Below are positions 8,367-19,699 of a stretch of 64,000 nucleotides of DNA, piece by piece. Positions within the stretch are counted from its first letter, which is position 1. Each line of letters begins with the position of its first letter. The notes under the pieces were generated by a model. That model saw only the letters and a list, made by a program, of their open reading frames with translations, was not told the DNA's origin and did not search any database. Source of the stretch: Gemmatimonadales bacterium (lineage in GTDB: Bacteria > Gemmatimonadota > Gemmatimonadetes > Gemmatimonadales > GWC2-71-9); the NCBI GenBank assembly GCA_035699205.1, contig DASSBA010000081.1, positions 2,273 through 66,272 of the forward strand, read 5' to 3'. The position numbers and the translations under genes were made by a program.

Positions 8367-11240
8367 ATGGCAGGTCCCACACTCCGTCTGTTCACCCTTG
8401 GCGGCCTCACCCTCGAGCGGGATGGGCAACCGATCGGCGGCATCGGCAACCGAAAGGTGCCGCTGATCCTGCTGGCGCTCCTTGCGGGGCACGGCGCGCA
8501 GGGGATCAGCCGGGACAAGCTGGTGGCCTACCTCTGGCCCGATAGCGACGAGGCGAGGGCCCGCAACAGCCTCAAGCAGGTGCTGTTCGGCCTGCGCCGG
8601 GAGCTGGGCGATTCGCTGCTGATGTCGGCCGGTCCCACCCTCCGCCTCGACCCATCCGCAATCGGATCCGATCTCGCCGACTTCGACGCCGCTCTCATGG
8701 CCGAGGATTTGGCCGCCGCGGCTGAGCTGTACCGCGGTCCCTTTCTGGACGGATTCTTCCTGCCGGGTCGTCTCGAGCTGGAGCGCTGGATCGAGACCGA
8801 TCGTCAGCGGCTCCATCGTGTACACGTGGAGAACCTCGTCCGCCTGGCTCGGCGGGCCGACGCCGAGCACGACCTGGTCCTGGCGGTCCGCTGGTGGCGG
8901 CAGGCCTCCGCCGCCGACCCGTTCAGCGCCGATGCCGCCCTCGGCGCCATGCGTGCGCTGGCCGCGACCGGCGACCGCGCCGGGGCGCTGGAGCACGGCC
9001 GGTCCTACGAGGCCGCCCTCGCCGCCGAGCTGGGGCTCCCGGCCGAGCCCGCGGTCCGAGAGTTCGCCCGATCCCTCCGGATCCCCGACCCGGCGCCGCC
9101 GGTCGCCATCGGGGCACCGCCGGCCGCCGATGCCTTCCACCCGCAGGCGCTAGCCGCGGCAATGGCCGTCTCGACCCCCCTGGCAGTGCCGGCCGGCCGG
9201 GCGCGACCGGTGGCGGCGCGCTGGACCGGCTACCTCCTCCCGCTGATCCTGGTGCTGGCCATCGCCGGCGCCGTGCTGCTGCTGCGGAGCAGCGCGCCGG
9301 ACGCCGTCGCCCCGGGCGCGCCCGCGACGCTCACGGTCCTGCCGTTCGAAGCGGTGGGTGACGCGAGCGGCGATCTCGGACGCGGCCTCGATGCGCTCCT
9401 CTCCTCCGGACTCGACGGCGTGGCGGATATTCGAGCGGTGCCGACCGTCCCGGCGGGTGGCAGGGGCGGGACGCCGGGTGGATTGACCGGCTCGGCGGCC
9501 TCGGAGACGGCCCGGCGCTCCGGCGCCCGGCTCTACGTGGTAGGCCGACTGGTGGCGGATCGGGACAGTCTGCGCGCCACCGCCTCGCTCCACGACCGCG
9601 CCAACGCCGACCGCGAGGTGAGCCGCGCCCAGGCGACGGTCTCACGGGACGAGCTGTTCACCATGGCGGACGAGCTCGTGCGCGGGCTGGTGGCCGACCG
9701 GGTCGGCGGGCCCGGCGAGCGGCTGGCCAGGGCCGCCGCGGTGAGCACCCGGTCGCTGCCGGCGCTCAAGGCCTACCTGGACGGTGAGCAGCGGCTCCGG
9801 CACGACGAGTACGTCGCCGCCGTCGATGCCTTCAACCGCGCCGTCAGGGCCGACAGCGCATTCGGGCTGGCCTATTACCGGCTCAGCGTGGCCGCGGACC
9901 GGGCGGGACGCGACGAGACGTCCCTCTGGGCCGCCCGCCTGGCCAGCCGGTTCAGCGCCGGCCTGTCCGAGCACGACCAGCGCCTGGTGCTGGCCTATCT
10001 CACCGTCCGGAACGGGCGGCTGGACGAGGGCGAGCGGATCTATCGCGGGATCGTCGCGGACTACCCGCAGGACGTCGAGGCCTGGCTCCAGTTGGGCGAT
10101 CTGCTGCTGCACGGCAATCCGTTGCGCGGACGCTCCGCGCTCGAGGCACGCGAGGCCTTCGAACGGGTGCTGGCGCTCGCGCCGGACCAGGGCGACGCGC
10201 TCGTGCCGCTCGCGCGCATCGCCTCGCTCGAAGGGAAGCGCACCGAGGCGGACTCGCTGCTGCGCCGCGCGGAAGCCACCGTGCCCGCGGCCGCCCTCGA
10301 CCTCCGGGCCATCCGTACCTTCGCGCTGAACGACCGTCCCGGCCACGAGCGGGCGACGCGCGATCTCCTGGCCGACCGGTCGATTCTGCCCCGCCGGCTC
10401 GCGTTCGACGTGGCGGTGAAACTCGGCGATCTGGCCGGCTCGGCGCGCTTCGCGGGACTCCTCGTCCGCGCGTCCGCCACCTGCGACGTGCACGCGATGG
10501 GGCGGCGGATGCTGGCGCAGGTCGCGATCGCGCACGGACGGCTCGGTGTGGCGGACGGCGAGCTCGCGCGCGCGGCGCCGTGCGATCCGGGGGCAGCCCT
10601 GGAACACCGCGCGCTTCTGGCCGTGCAGCCGTTCGCGAGCCCGGACACCTCCGACCTCGAGGAGCTCGCGCGCGACCTCGGCGTCGCGGCCGACTCGGTG
10701 CTCGGGCACCCGGCGCGCGAGTACTACGCCGGTCTCGTCGCGATCGGCCTCGGCGATAGCCTGACCGCCGCCGCCGACGCGCGCGCACTCCTTGCCGCAG
10801 GGGATTCGACGGCCACCGGCGACCTGTCCCGCACGTTCGGCCGGAGTCTGCGCGCGCGGGTGCTGTGGCACGCCGGTCGCCCGGCCGAGGCACTGGCGGA
10901 GCTCGAGGCGGCCGGATGGGAGCGCACGGCGCGACTCTCGGTGGCGGAGGCCTCGGACCGCTATCTCCGGGCGGAGCTGCTCCACCGTCTGGGCAGGGAC
11001 GAGGAGGCGATCGGGTGGTATCGGTCCATCGCTCAGCGGGCGTCCTACGAGCTGGTGTATGTGGCGCCGGCCGAGCGCCGGCTCGCGATGATCTACGACG
11101 CCACCGGGGATGAGGCGGCCGCGCGTGAGCACTACCGGCGGTTCATCGACCTGTGGCGGGAGGCGGATCCGGAGCTGCAGCCGGCGGTGGGGGCGGCGGA
11201 GCGGCGGCTGGGGGAGCTGGAGGGGGCGACGGCGGGATGA
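8367..11240 (+). CDS. Membrane-anchored SARP/BTAD-family transcriptional regulator with periplasmic TolB-like and TPR modules
   Basis: N-terminus LRLFTLGGLTLERDG...LVAYLWPDSDEARARNSLKQVLFGLRREL (OmpR-type wHTH plus BTAD). One TM segment (WTGYLLPLILVLAIAGAVLLL). Then a TLTVLPFEAVGD... module and TPR-like repeats. Confidence 0.8.
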   Translation: MAGPTLRLFTLGGLTLERDGQPIGGIGNRKVPLILLALLAGHGAQGISRDKLVAYLWPDSDEARARNSLKQVLFGLRRELGDSLLMSAGPTLRLDPSAIGSDLADFDAALMAEDLAAAAELYRGPFLDGFFLPGRLELERWIETDRQRLHRVHVENLVRLARRADAEHDLVLAVRWWRQASAADPFSADAALGAMRALAATGDRAGALEHGRSYEAALAAELGLPAEPAVREFARSLRIPDPAPPVAIGAPPAADAFHPQALAAAMAVSTPLAVPAGRARPVAARWTGYLLPLILVLAIAGAVLLLRSSAPDAVAPGAPATLTVLPFEAVGDASGDLGRGLDALLSSGLDGVADIRAVPTVPAGGRGGTPGGLTGSAASETARRSGARLYVVGRLVADRDSLRATASLHDRANADREVSRAQATVSRDELFTMADELVRGLVADRVGGPGERLARAAAVSTRSLPALKAYLDGEQRLRHDEYVAAVDAFNRAVRADSAFGLAYYRLSVAADRAGRDETSLWAARLASRFSAGLSEHDQRLVLAYLTVRNGRLDEGERIYRGIVADYPQDVEAWLQLGDLLLHGNPLRGRSALEAREAFERVLALAPDQGDALVPLARIASLEGKRTEADSLLRRAEATVPAAALDLRAIRTFALNDRPGHERATRDLLADRSILPRRLAFDVAVKLGDLAGSARFAGLLVRASATCDVHAMGRRMLAQVAIAHGRLGVADGELARAAPCDPGAALEHRALLAVQPFASPDTSDLEELARDLGVAADSVLGHPAREYYAGLVAIGLGDSLTAAADARALLAAGDSTATGDLSRTFGRSLRARVLWHAGRPAEALAELEAAGWERTARLSVAEASDRYLRAELLHRLGRDEEAIGWYRSIAQRASYELVYVAPAERRLAMIYDATGDEAAAREHYRRFIDLWREADPELQPAVGAAERRLGELEGATAG

Positions 11241-11304
11241 CCGTGGAACATGACCGGCAGCGGTGAACGCGGGCGACCGGACGCGAAGCCGGGCCAGTGC
11301 GAAA

Positions 11305-11330
11305 AAGGGCGGCCCGGGAGGGCCGCCCTT
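11305..11330. terminator. Bidirectional stem-loop between convergent genes
   Basis: AAGGGCGGCCC-GGGA-GGGCCGCCCTT, an 11-bp perfect stem flanked by A-run and T-containing sequence. Confidence 0.6.
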
Positions 11331-11361
11331 CTCGTGTGTTGCACCGGCGTTCGCCGGTGGG

Positions 11362-12735
11362 TCAGGGCTTCACATTCGTCTTCACTTCCGCGGGAGCATT
11401 GAAGGTCTCGACGTCGCGCCCCACGACGCCGGTGATGCCGGATGCATCGGTGCTGCTCACCGTGATGATCAAACCGCCGGTCTTCGTCACCGACAAGTGG
11501 AACGTCGCATAGCCGGGTTGCAGCGGGCCGCCGGCGGTGGCCGAGGCCGACTTCGTGATTGCCGAAACGTCGTCCGGCCCGGTGTTGTCGCACTCTTTGT
11601 TCCCCGCCAGCGCGGTGTTCTGCCCGTTGTTGTTCGCCCCATGCATGTACACGCAGACGCCATTCACTCCGAGGCCATCGTCGGTCTTGGCTCGGACGAT
11701 TACTTCGTAGGGCATCTTGCGAACGGACATGGTGGCCGGTGGTGCCTTCACATAGCTGAACGTGATGCTCGGCACGGGCTTGTTGGCGAACTCGCTCCTG
11801 AGGCCACCGGCCGAGCCGCCGATGGTCCTGGTGCCGGCGAACAGCGGCTGCGGGGTGAGGAATTTGACCAGCCGCTGCACGAGGACCCGCGCGCCCCAGG
11901 ACTGCGGGATCGAGCTGATCGAGGCATCGCAGACGTAGTCCGCGTCGTGATAGGCCAGCACGCCGAAATCGGACTCGCTGACCATGCTGGTCGGCTCGCT
12001 GCTCGCGAGGCACAGTGCGACGGTGGCCCCGTCGCCGCCGAACGGCACGGAGGGCCGGATTGCCTCCCACTGGTACTCGCTGGTCGAATAGCCACCGATA
12101 TCCGCGCCCGCCAGGGGAATCCCATAGATCAGCGCGCGCTCGGAGAGAACCTGGCTCCAGGGGAGCGCAGTGCCTGGCGCAACGAGATCGTTGGGATCCT
12201 GCGGAGGAGCCACTCCCGATAGCCGCTGGGTTACGCCGACCGTTGTGCGCGACACCACCGGTGTGTTGCCACTGGCCGGGCCGCGAACCTCGTAGGCACC
12301 CGGCACCGCCGGATCAAGCGACGGAGTGAAATCGAGCGCGTCGAAGTTGGACGGGAAGTCGCTCGAGGTGCCTGCCTTGTACATGCACTTGATCAGCTCC
12401 TTCGTCAGCTCGGAGCCGGTGCTGGCGGCCGTGTTCCCGCCCTTGACTGCAGCGGCGATCAGCTCCATGACGTTGAACCCGCTGGCCTGTGCGGCGGCAG
12501 TGTATGGGCTCGCGGTCATCTCGTCGACGAAGCCCCTCGCCTGCTGAGTCGTCGCCGGGTCGGTGAAATAGCCGCTGACGAGCGATGGGAACGCACTGCT
12601 GTTGCAGGCGAGGGTGGGGGCCGGGCGGAACTCCGGCTGTCCGGGAGCAACCGGACCCGAGTCATTCCGGTCCGCGCACGCGATCACCAGCATCCCGACC
12701 GCGATGGGGAGCATGCCAAGAACACGGCGAGCCAT
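11362..12735 (-). CDS. Secreted lipoprotein of unknown function (C-terminal Ig-like beta domain likely)
   Basis: MARRVLGMLPIAVGMLVIAC has a lipobox. AAGGAG lies 9 nt upstream of ATG 12735. No recognisable catalytic motifs. Confidence 0.7.
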   Translation of the reverse strand: MARRVLGMLPIAVGMLVIACADRNDSGPVAPGQPEFRPAPTLACNSSAFPSLVSGYFTDPATTQQARGFVDEMTASPYTAAAQASGFNVMELIAAAVKGGNTAASTGSELTKELIKCMYKAGTSSDFPSNFDALDFTPSLDPAVPGAYEVRGPASGNTPVVSRTTVGVTQRLSGVAPPQDPNDLVAPGTALPWSQVLSERALIYGIPLAGADIGGYSTSEYQWEAIRPSVPFGGDGATVALCLASSEPTSMVSESDFGVLAYHDADYVCDASISSIPQSWGARVLVQRLVKFLTPQPLFAGTRTIGGSAGGLRSEFANKPVPSITFSYVKAPPATMSVRKMPYEVIVRAKTDDGLGVNGVCVYMHGANNNGQNTALAGNKECDNTGPDDVSAITKSASATAGGPLQPGYATFHLSVTKTGGLIITVSSTDASGITGVVGRDVETFNAPAEVKTNVKP

Positions 12736-12807
12736 GGTATGACACTCCTTGATGGTCCTCGGCAAGGAGGACTCCCGAAGGAAACCTGTGGTATGAGAGA
12801 GCAATCA

Positions 12808-12836
12808 CATATAGCAGGTTACAGGCCGCTTGTCGA
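12808..12836 (-). promoter_or_regulatory. Sigma70-like promoter for the lipoprotein gene
   Basis: Minus strand reads TCGACA-17 nt-TATATG (-35 at 12836-12831, -10 at 12813-12808). Confidence 0.4.
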
Positions 12837-12979
12837 GGGGTGGTCGATGGGCCGAACCCCGTGGCCCTGTGGCATCTAGGTCATTCCTGCCCATCCCGGC
12901 TTTACCCGGGCGAGGCCCCCACGCCGCAGGGCGTGGCGGACGATCGACACCACCGCCCTCCGGCCCCCGGGCCGGACCG

Positions 12980-15610
<2,631 letters not shown>

Positions 15611-15684
15611 ACAGCCTTTGGGCGGGAGCGAAGCGTGAAAGTAAGCGGAGGGAAGCGCCTCCGGCTATGCCCTGTGCGGCGTAC

Positions 15685-16515
15685 TCAGCCGACCATCACC
15701 GCCGCCAGCGCGTCCCGCATTGCGGCCGCCGACTGCCACCGGTCCTCGGGTGCCTTGGCCAGCGCGCGGCTGATGCCCGCCGCCAGTTCGGCCGGGATGC
15801 CGGGCTGGAGGGTCCGCAGGTCGGGCGCCGGCTGGTTGAGATGCATCTGCAGCACCACCGCCTCGTTCCGGTGCACGAACGGCGGCTGGCCGGCCAGGCA
15901 CTCGAACAGCACGCAGGCGAGCGAGTAGATGTCGCTCCGGAGATCGATCTCCTTGAGCGCCGTGATCTGCTCGGGGCTCATGTAGGTCGACGTGCCGACG
16001 GCGATTCCCGAGCGCGTCAGCCGGTCGCTGCCGGAGGCCCACACCGCGCGGGCAATCCCGAAGTCGAGCAGCACCGCGCCGCCCGGAGAGACCACCACGT
16101 TCTCGGGCTTCACGTCCCGGTGGATGATCCCGTGTCCGTGCGCGTGCTCCAGCGCGTCGAGCAGATGGTCCGCCAGGCGGAGCGTATCCCCGACGGAGAG
16201 CCGCCCCCGCTGCGACATGAACTCGCGCAGGGTGGCACCCTCGACGAACGTCATGACGTAATAGACCAGCCAGTCACGCTCACCCGAATCCAGCAGATGG
16301 GCGATGTGCGGATGGTCCAGCTGCGATGCCAGCTTGATCTCGCGCAGGAACCGGTCGGCCGCGACACTGACCAGCAGCTCCGGATGCAGGATCTTGAGCG
16401 CGACCGGCTCCCCTCCCGGCTGGCGGGCCAGGAAGATGCGGGCGTTTCCGCCCTTGCCGATCTCGCGCTCGACCTCGTACTGCCCCTGGAACGCCTGGCG
16501 GACCAGTGCCAGCAT
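15685..16515 (-). CDS. Ser/Thr protein kinase, catalytic domain only (about 276 aa)
   Basis: Motifs IGKGGNARIF, VALKIL, HRDVKPENVVV, DFGIA and MSPEQ. ATG 16515 chosen; the longer track ORF (to 17016) would overlap the upstream gene and hairpin E3. Confidence 0.8.
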   Translation of the reverse strand: MLALVRQAFQGQYEVEREIGKGGNARIFLARQPGGEPVALKILHPELLVSVAADRFLREIKLASQLDHPHIAHLLDSGERDWLVYYVMTFVEGATLREFMSQRGRLSVGDTLRLADHLLDALEHAHGHGIIHRDVKPENVVVSPGGAVLLDFGIARAVWASGSDRLTRSGIAVGTSTYMSPEQITALKEIDLRSDIYSLACVLFECLAGQPPFVHRNEAVVLQMHLNQPAPDLRTLQPGIPAELAAGISRALAKAPEDRWQSAAAMRDALAAVMVG

Positions 16516-16587
16516 GTCGCGGCGAATGAGCCGGTCCTTGTGGGGGACTCCCGAATGGTTGCAGTGCGGGCGGCTTCGCGCAAGATC

Positions 16588-16674
16588 GAAAGGCGGAAAG
16601 GCGGAAAGGCGGAAAGGGACAAACCCTTCCCTGCGTGTTTCCTTTCTGCCTTTCCGCCTTTCCGCCTTTCCCCC
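16588..16674. repeat. Tandem-unit hairpin element E3 (8-nt unit GGCGGAAA / TTTCCGCC)
   Basis: Arms 16588-16617 and 16641-16670 are complementary at 29/30 positions, each arm about 3.5 tandem units. Sits directly after the stop of the M50-HlyD gene. Confidence 0.85.
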
Positions 16675-18725
16675 TACAGCAGCAGATCCGTCCGCACCCG
16701 CTTCCGGATCCCCCACCAGATGGATCCCCACACGTTCGATTCCCGGATGGTGACGCTCGCCTCCCCAGTCATCCCCGGCCGCCACCGCGCCGGGCCGCCC
16801 ATCCCGATCCGCGCCTCCACCGTCCCCGAGCCGGCCGACGAGAGCTGCGCCACCCCCGTGACCCGCGCGTCCATCGTCCCGCCGTCCGCATGGAACACCA
16901 GCCGCGCCCGCTGTCCGGCGCGCACCCGCGTGGCCCCCGCGCCGGTGAGCGCGATCCGGACCTCCAGCGAATCCGGTTGTCCCAGCTCCATCAGCCCCTG
17001 GCCAAGGCTTACCCACTGGCCCGTGAGCTCCTCCGGCCGCCGGGTCACCACCACCCCGGCGGTCAGCGCCCGGACGGTCAGCGCCTGCTGCTCCACGGTC
17101 ATCCCCTCGAGCCGGGCGGCGTCGGTGGCGCGCTCGGCGGCCAGTCGGGCGACCTCGGACGTCCGCCCGGCGGCGCGCGCCTGCGCCTCCCGGGCCACCA
17201 GCGAATCCACCCGCCGCCCCGCGGCCAGGGCCGCGCGCTCCAGGTCCAGGTCACGCACCTCGACCAGCGGCATGCCCGACTCCACCCGGGTGCCCTCGCG
17301 TACGTACACCCGGGAGACCAGTCCGCTGTCGGGGGCGGTGAGCGGCAACGACAGCGCGGGCGCGACGGCGAACTGCCCGGTCACCGTGATCGGCCGCGGC
17401 ACGAGCGCGCCGAGCACGAGCAGCATCGCCGCCCCCGCGAGCAGCCGGTCGCGGAAGCGGCCGGTGTCGATCCTCGCCCGGAGCTCGCGCCAGCCGGCCG
17501 CGACCGTCTGGGCCGCGCTCCGGACCGCCTGCCGGGTCATCAGCCAGACGGCGATGGCGAAGAGCACGCCGCCGGCGAGGCCGAGCGCGCCGTCGAGCCA
17601 GCCGTACACGGTGCCGGCCACGACCAGCATGATCGAAGTGATATAAACCGCCGCCAGCACGGCGTAGACGATGAAGATCCGCTGTTCCCGCTCGTCGGCC
17701 GGCGGGGCGGGAACCTCGAGTCGGAATACCCGCGTCTTCACCAGCCAGCCGAGGTGCGCGAAGGCACGCTGCCGGAGGTTCGGCACCTCGAGGTAGTCGC
17801 TCAGCGCGAAGTAGCCGTCGAGCGGGATCAGCGGGTTGGCGTTCATGACGACGGTGGTGATCCCGCCGAAGAGCACGGCGGAGAGCGCGATGTGCGAGAC
17901 CAGCGTGTCCGGCTCCGCCGCCCACCAGACGATTGCCGCGAGGCTGGCCGCGACGAGCTGGATCCACGAGCCCGCCGCGGTCACCCAGAGCCGGGCCTTG
18001 AGCTCGGGAAACGTCCACGCATCGTTCACGTTGCAGAAGAATGCCGGCTCGAAGTACAGCAGCATCGCGCCGATCTCGTGCACCTGTCCGCCGAAGTGTT
18101 TGCAGGTATATCCGTGCCCCAGCTCGTGGACCACGATGATGGCCGTGGCCGTGGACCAGAGCACGAACAGCTCCCAGGCGGAGTAGCGGAAGTGATAGAA
18201 GTCGCCGAACGCCGCCATGAGCTCGGGCCATTTGACGGCGACGACGAGCAGGTAGATGGCGAACAGGAACACCGAGGCGACGAGGAAGCCGCGGGTGAAC
18301 ATCCAGCGGATGTAGGGGATGGTGCGGTCCATGAAGTGATCGGGATCGCCGACCGACCAGCGGAGCCGCAGGATATCGCCCTGGAACGGTCCCGTCGCGA
18401 GACGCTGCCGGCGCTGAGCGCGGAGCCGTTCCATCATGAGCACGGAGCGTTCACCCAGCGTGCGCTCGAGCAGCCCCATCGTCTTGAGCTTGTTCGCGAA
18501 CCCCTCGACCGCCGCGGCCGAGACCCGGAGCCCGGCCGCGACCAGCTCCTCGGCGATCTCGGCCGCGCTGCGGGTGCCGTCGAATTGTCGAATGACGTTC
18601 ACTTCCACCGGCCGGAATCGGAAATACTTCCTGGTCGTGGGGTCCTTCAGGATGAAGCTCTGCTCGCCGCGGTAGGTCTGCTCGACGAGCGTCAGGTCGG
18701 CGCGGAGCTTCGGCGCGGTGGTCAC
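16674..18725 (-). CDS. Fusion protein: PqqD/RRE-like N-terminal domain, M50 (site-2 protease) membrane metalloprotease, C-terminal HlyD/MFP-like domain
   Basis: HELGH zinc motif and NANPLIPLDG motif within a multi-TM core. N-terminus FRFRPVEVNVIRQFDGTRSAAEIAEEL...GLLE. C-terminus has lipoyl-like, coiled-coil and barrel MFP pattern. GTG start overlaps the upstream TGA (GTGA). Confidence 0.8.
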   Translation of the reverse strand: MTTAPKLRADLTLVEQTYRGEQSFILKDPTTRKYFRFRPVEVNVIRQFDGTRSAAEIAEELVAAGLRVSAAAVEGFANKLKTMGLLERTLGERSVLMMERLRAQRRQRLATGPFQGDILRLRWSVGDPDHFMDRTIPYIRWMFTRGFLVASVFLFAIYLLVVAVKWPELMAAFGDFYHFRYSAWELFVLWSTATAIIVVHELGHGYTCKHFGGQVHEIGAMLLYFEPAFFCNVNDAWTFPELKARLWVTAAGSWIQLVAASLAAIVWWAAEPDTLVSHIALSAVLFGGITTVVMNANPLIPLDGYFALSDYLEVPNLRQRAFAHLGWLVKTRVFRLEVPAPPADEREQRIFIVYAVLAAVYITSIMLVVAGTVYGWLDGALGLAGGVLFAIAVWLMTRQAVRSAAQTVAAGWRELRARIDTGRFRDRLLAGAAMLLVLGALVPRPITVTGQFAVAPALSLPLTAPDSGLVSRVYVREGTRVESGMPLVEVRDLDLERAALAAGRRVDSLVAREAQARAAGRTSEVARLAAERATDAARLEGMTVEQQALTVRALTAGVVVTRRPEELTGQWVSLGQGLMELGQPDSLEVRIALTGAGATRVRAGQRARLVFHADGGTMDARVTGVAQLSSAGSGTVEARIGMGGPARWRPGMTGEASVTIRESNVWGSIWWGIRKRVRTDLLL

Positions 18726-19699
18726 GGCGTGGCTTTCACCACCTCTTCGCCCGCCGCGATGCCGCTCACCACCTCGACCCGGTCGCCGTCGAGGTCCGCG
18801 CCGAGGACGACGGCGCGCAGCGCGGTGCGGCCGTTCTCCTGCACGAGGGCAAAGCCGTCCCGGGCCACCGCCGCGCGAGGAATCGCCAGCACCCGCCGCC
18901 GCTGCGCGCCAAGCTGGACGGTGACGCTGCTGCCGGGCGTGAGCGACGAGCCGGAAGCGAGCTGCAGCACCAGTTCGCGCGTCCCGCTGGCCGGATCGAG
19001 CACGGGCGAGGCGCGCACCACGCGCGCGCCCGCGCTCGCCCCGCCGGCGGTGAGCACCCGGGCCTCGGCGCCCACGCGAAGGCCGGCCGCCGCGCCCTCG
19101 GGCACGTGGACCGTGGCCAGGACCGGCGCCAGCGCGGTAACGCGGAACAGCGAGTCGCCGGCGTTGACCAGCCGCTGGACCCGGGCCATCCGCGCCGTGA
19201 CCACCCCGGCGAACGGCGCGACGATCCGGGTGAGGTCGTAGTCCCGCTGCGCCTGGCGGAGCGCCAGCTCGGCGTCGCGGTGCTCGAACTCCACCTGCTC
19301 GCTGTCCGCCCGCGTGACCACCCCCGCGGTGGCCAGGGCGCGCTGGCGCTCGACCCGCTGCGACGCGTTGGCCGACCGCTCGCGCGCCTGCGCGAGGGCG
19401 ATCTCCTGATCGGTGCTCTCGAGCCGGGCGAGCGGCTGGCCCGCGGACACCCGGCTGCCCATGTCCACCAGGATGCTCTCGACGATGCCCGACGACCGCG
19501 CCACGACCGCCGCGTCGTGTTCCACGTACAGTTGCGACGGCAGGGTGAGCGGCCGGTCCACCGTGGTGCTCTCGGCGGTCGCCACCGCGCCGGAAGGAGT
19601 GGCTGCGAGGGATGCGGAGGCGGCGGTCTGGACCGGAGGCGCGACCTCCCCGCCGCAGGCCGCCAGGAGGAGCGTCACGGGAACGACGAGGCGGGTCAT
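18722..19699 (-). CDS. HlyD-family periplasmic adaptor (membrane fusion protein) lipoprotein
   Basis: MTRLVVPVTLLLAACGG has a lipobox. MFP pattern (LARLESTDQEIALAQA..., IVAPFAGVVTA). ATGA overlap with the upstream gene. Confidence 0.85.
   Translation of the reverse strand: MTRLVVPVTLLLAACGGEVAPPVQTAASASLAATPSGAVATAESTTVDRPLTLPSQLYVEHDAAVVARSSGIVESILVDMGSRVSAGQPLARLESTDQEIALAQARERSANASQRVERQRALATAGVVTRADSEQVEFEHRDAELALRQAQRDYDLTRIVAPFAGVVTARMARVQRLVNAGDSLFRVTALAPVLATVHVPEGAAAGLRVGAEARVLTAGGASAGARVVRASPVLDPASGTRELVLQLASGSSLTPGSSVTVQLGAQRRRVLAIPRAAVARDGFALVQENGRTALRAVVLGADLDGDRVEVVSGIAAGEEVVKATP

Noticed and set aside
16588-16674. Possible CRISPR array or minisatellite, given the short tandem repeats here and at 3948, 37851 and 61741.
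   Set aside because: The units are only 7-8 nt, directly abutting with no spacers, with 3-5 copies each. Each is paired with an inverted set, forming a hairpin. There are no cas genes. This is not CRISPR.
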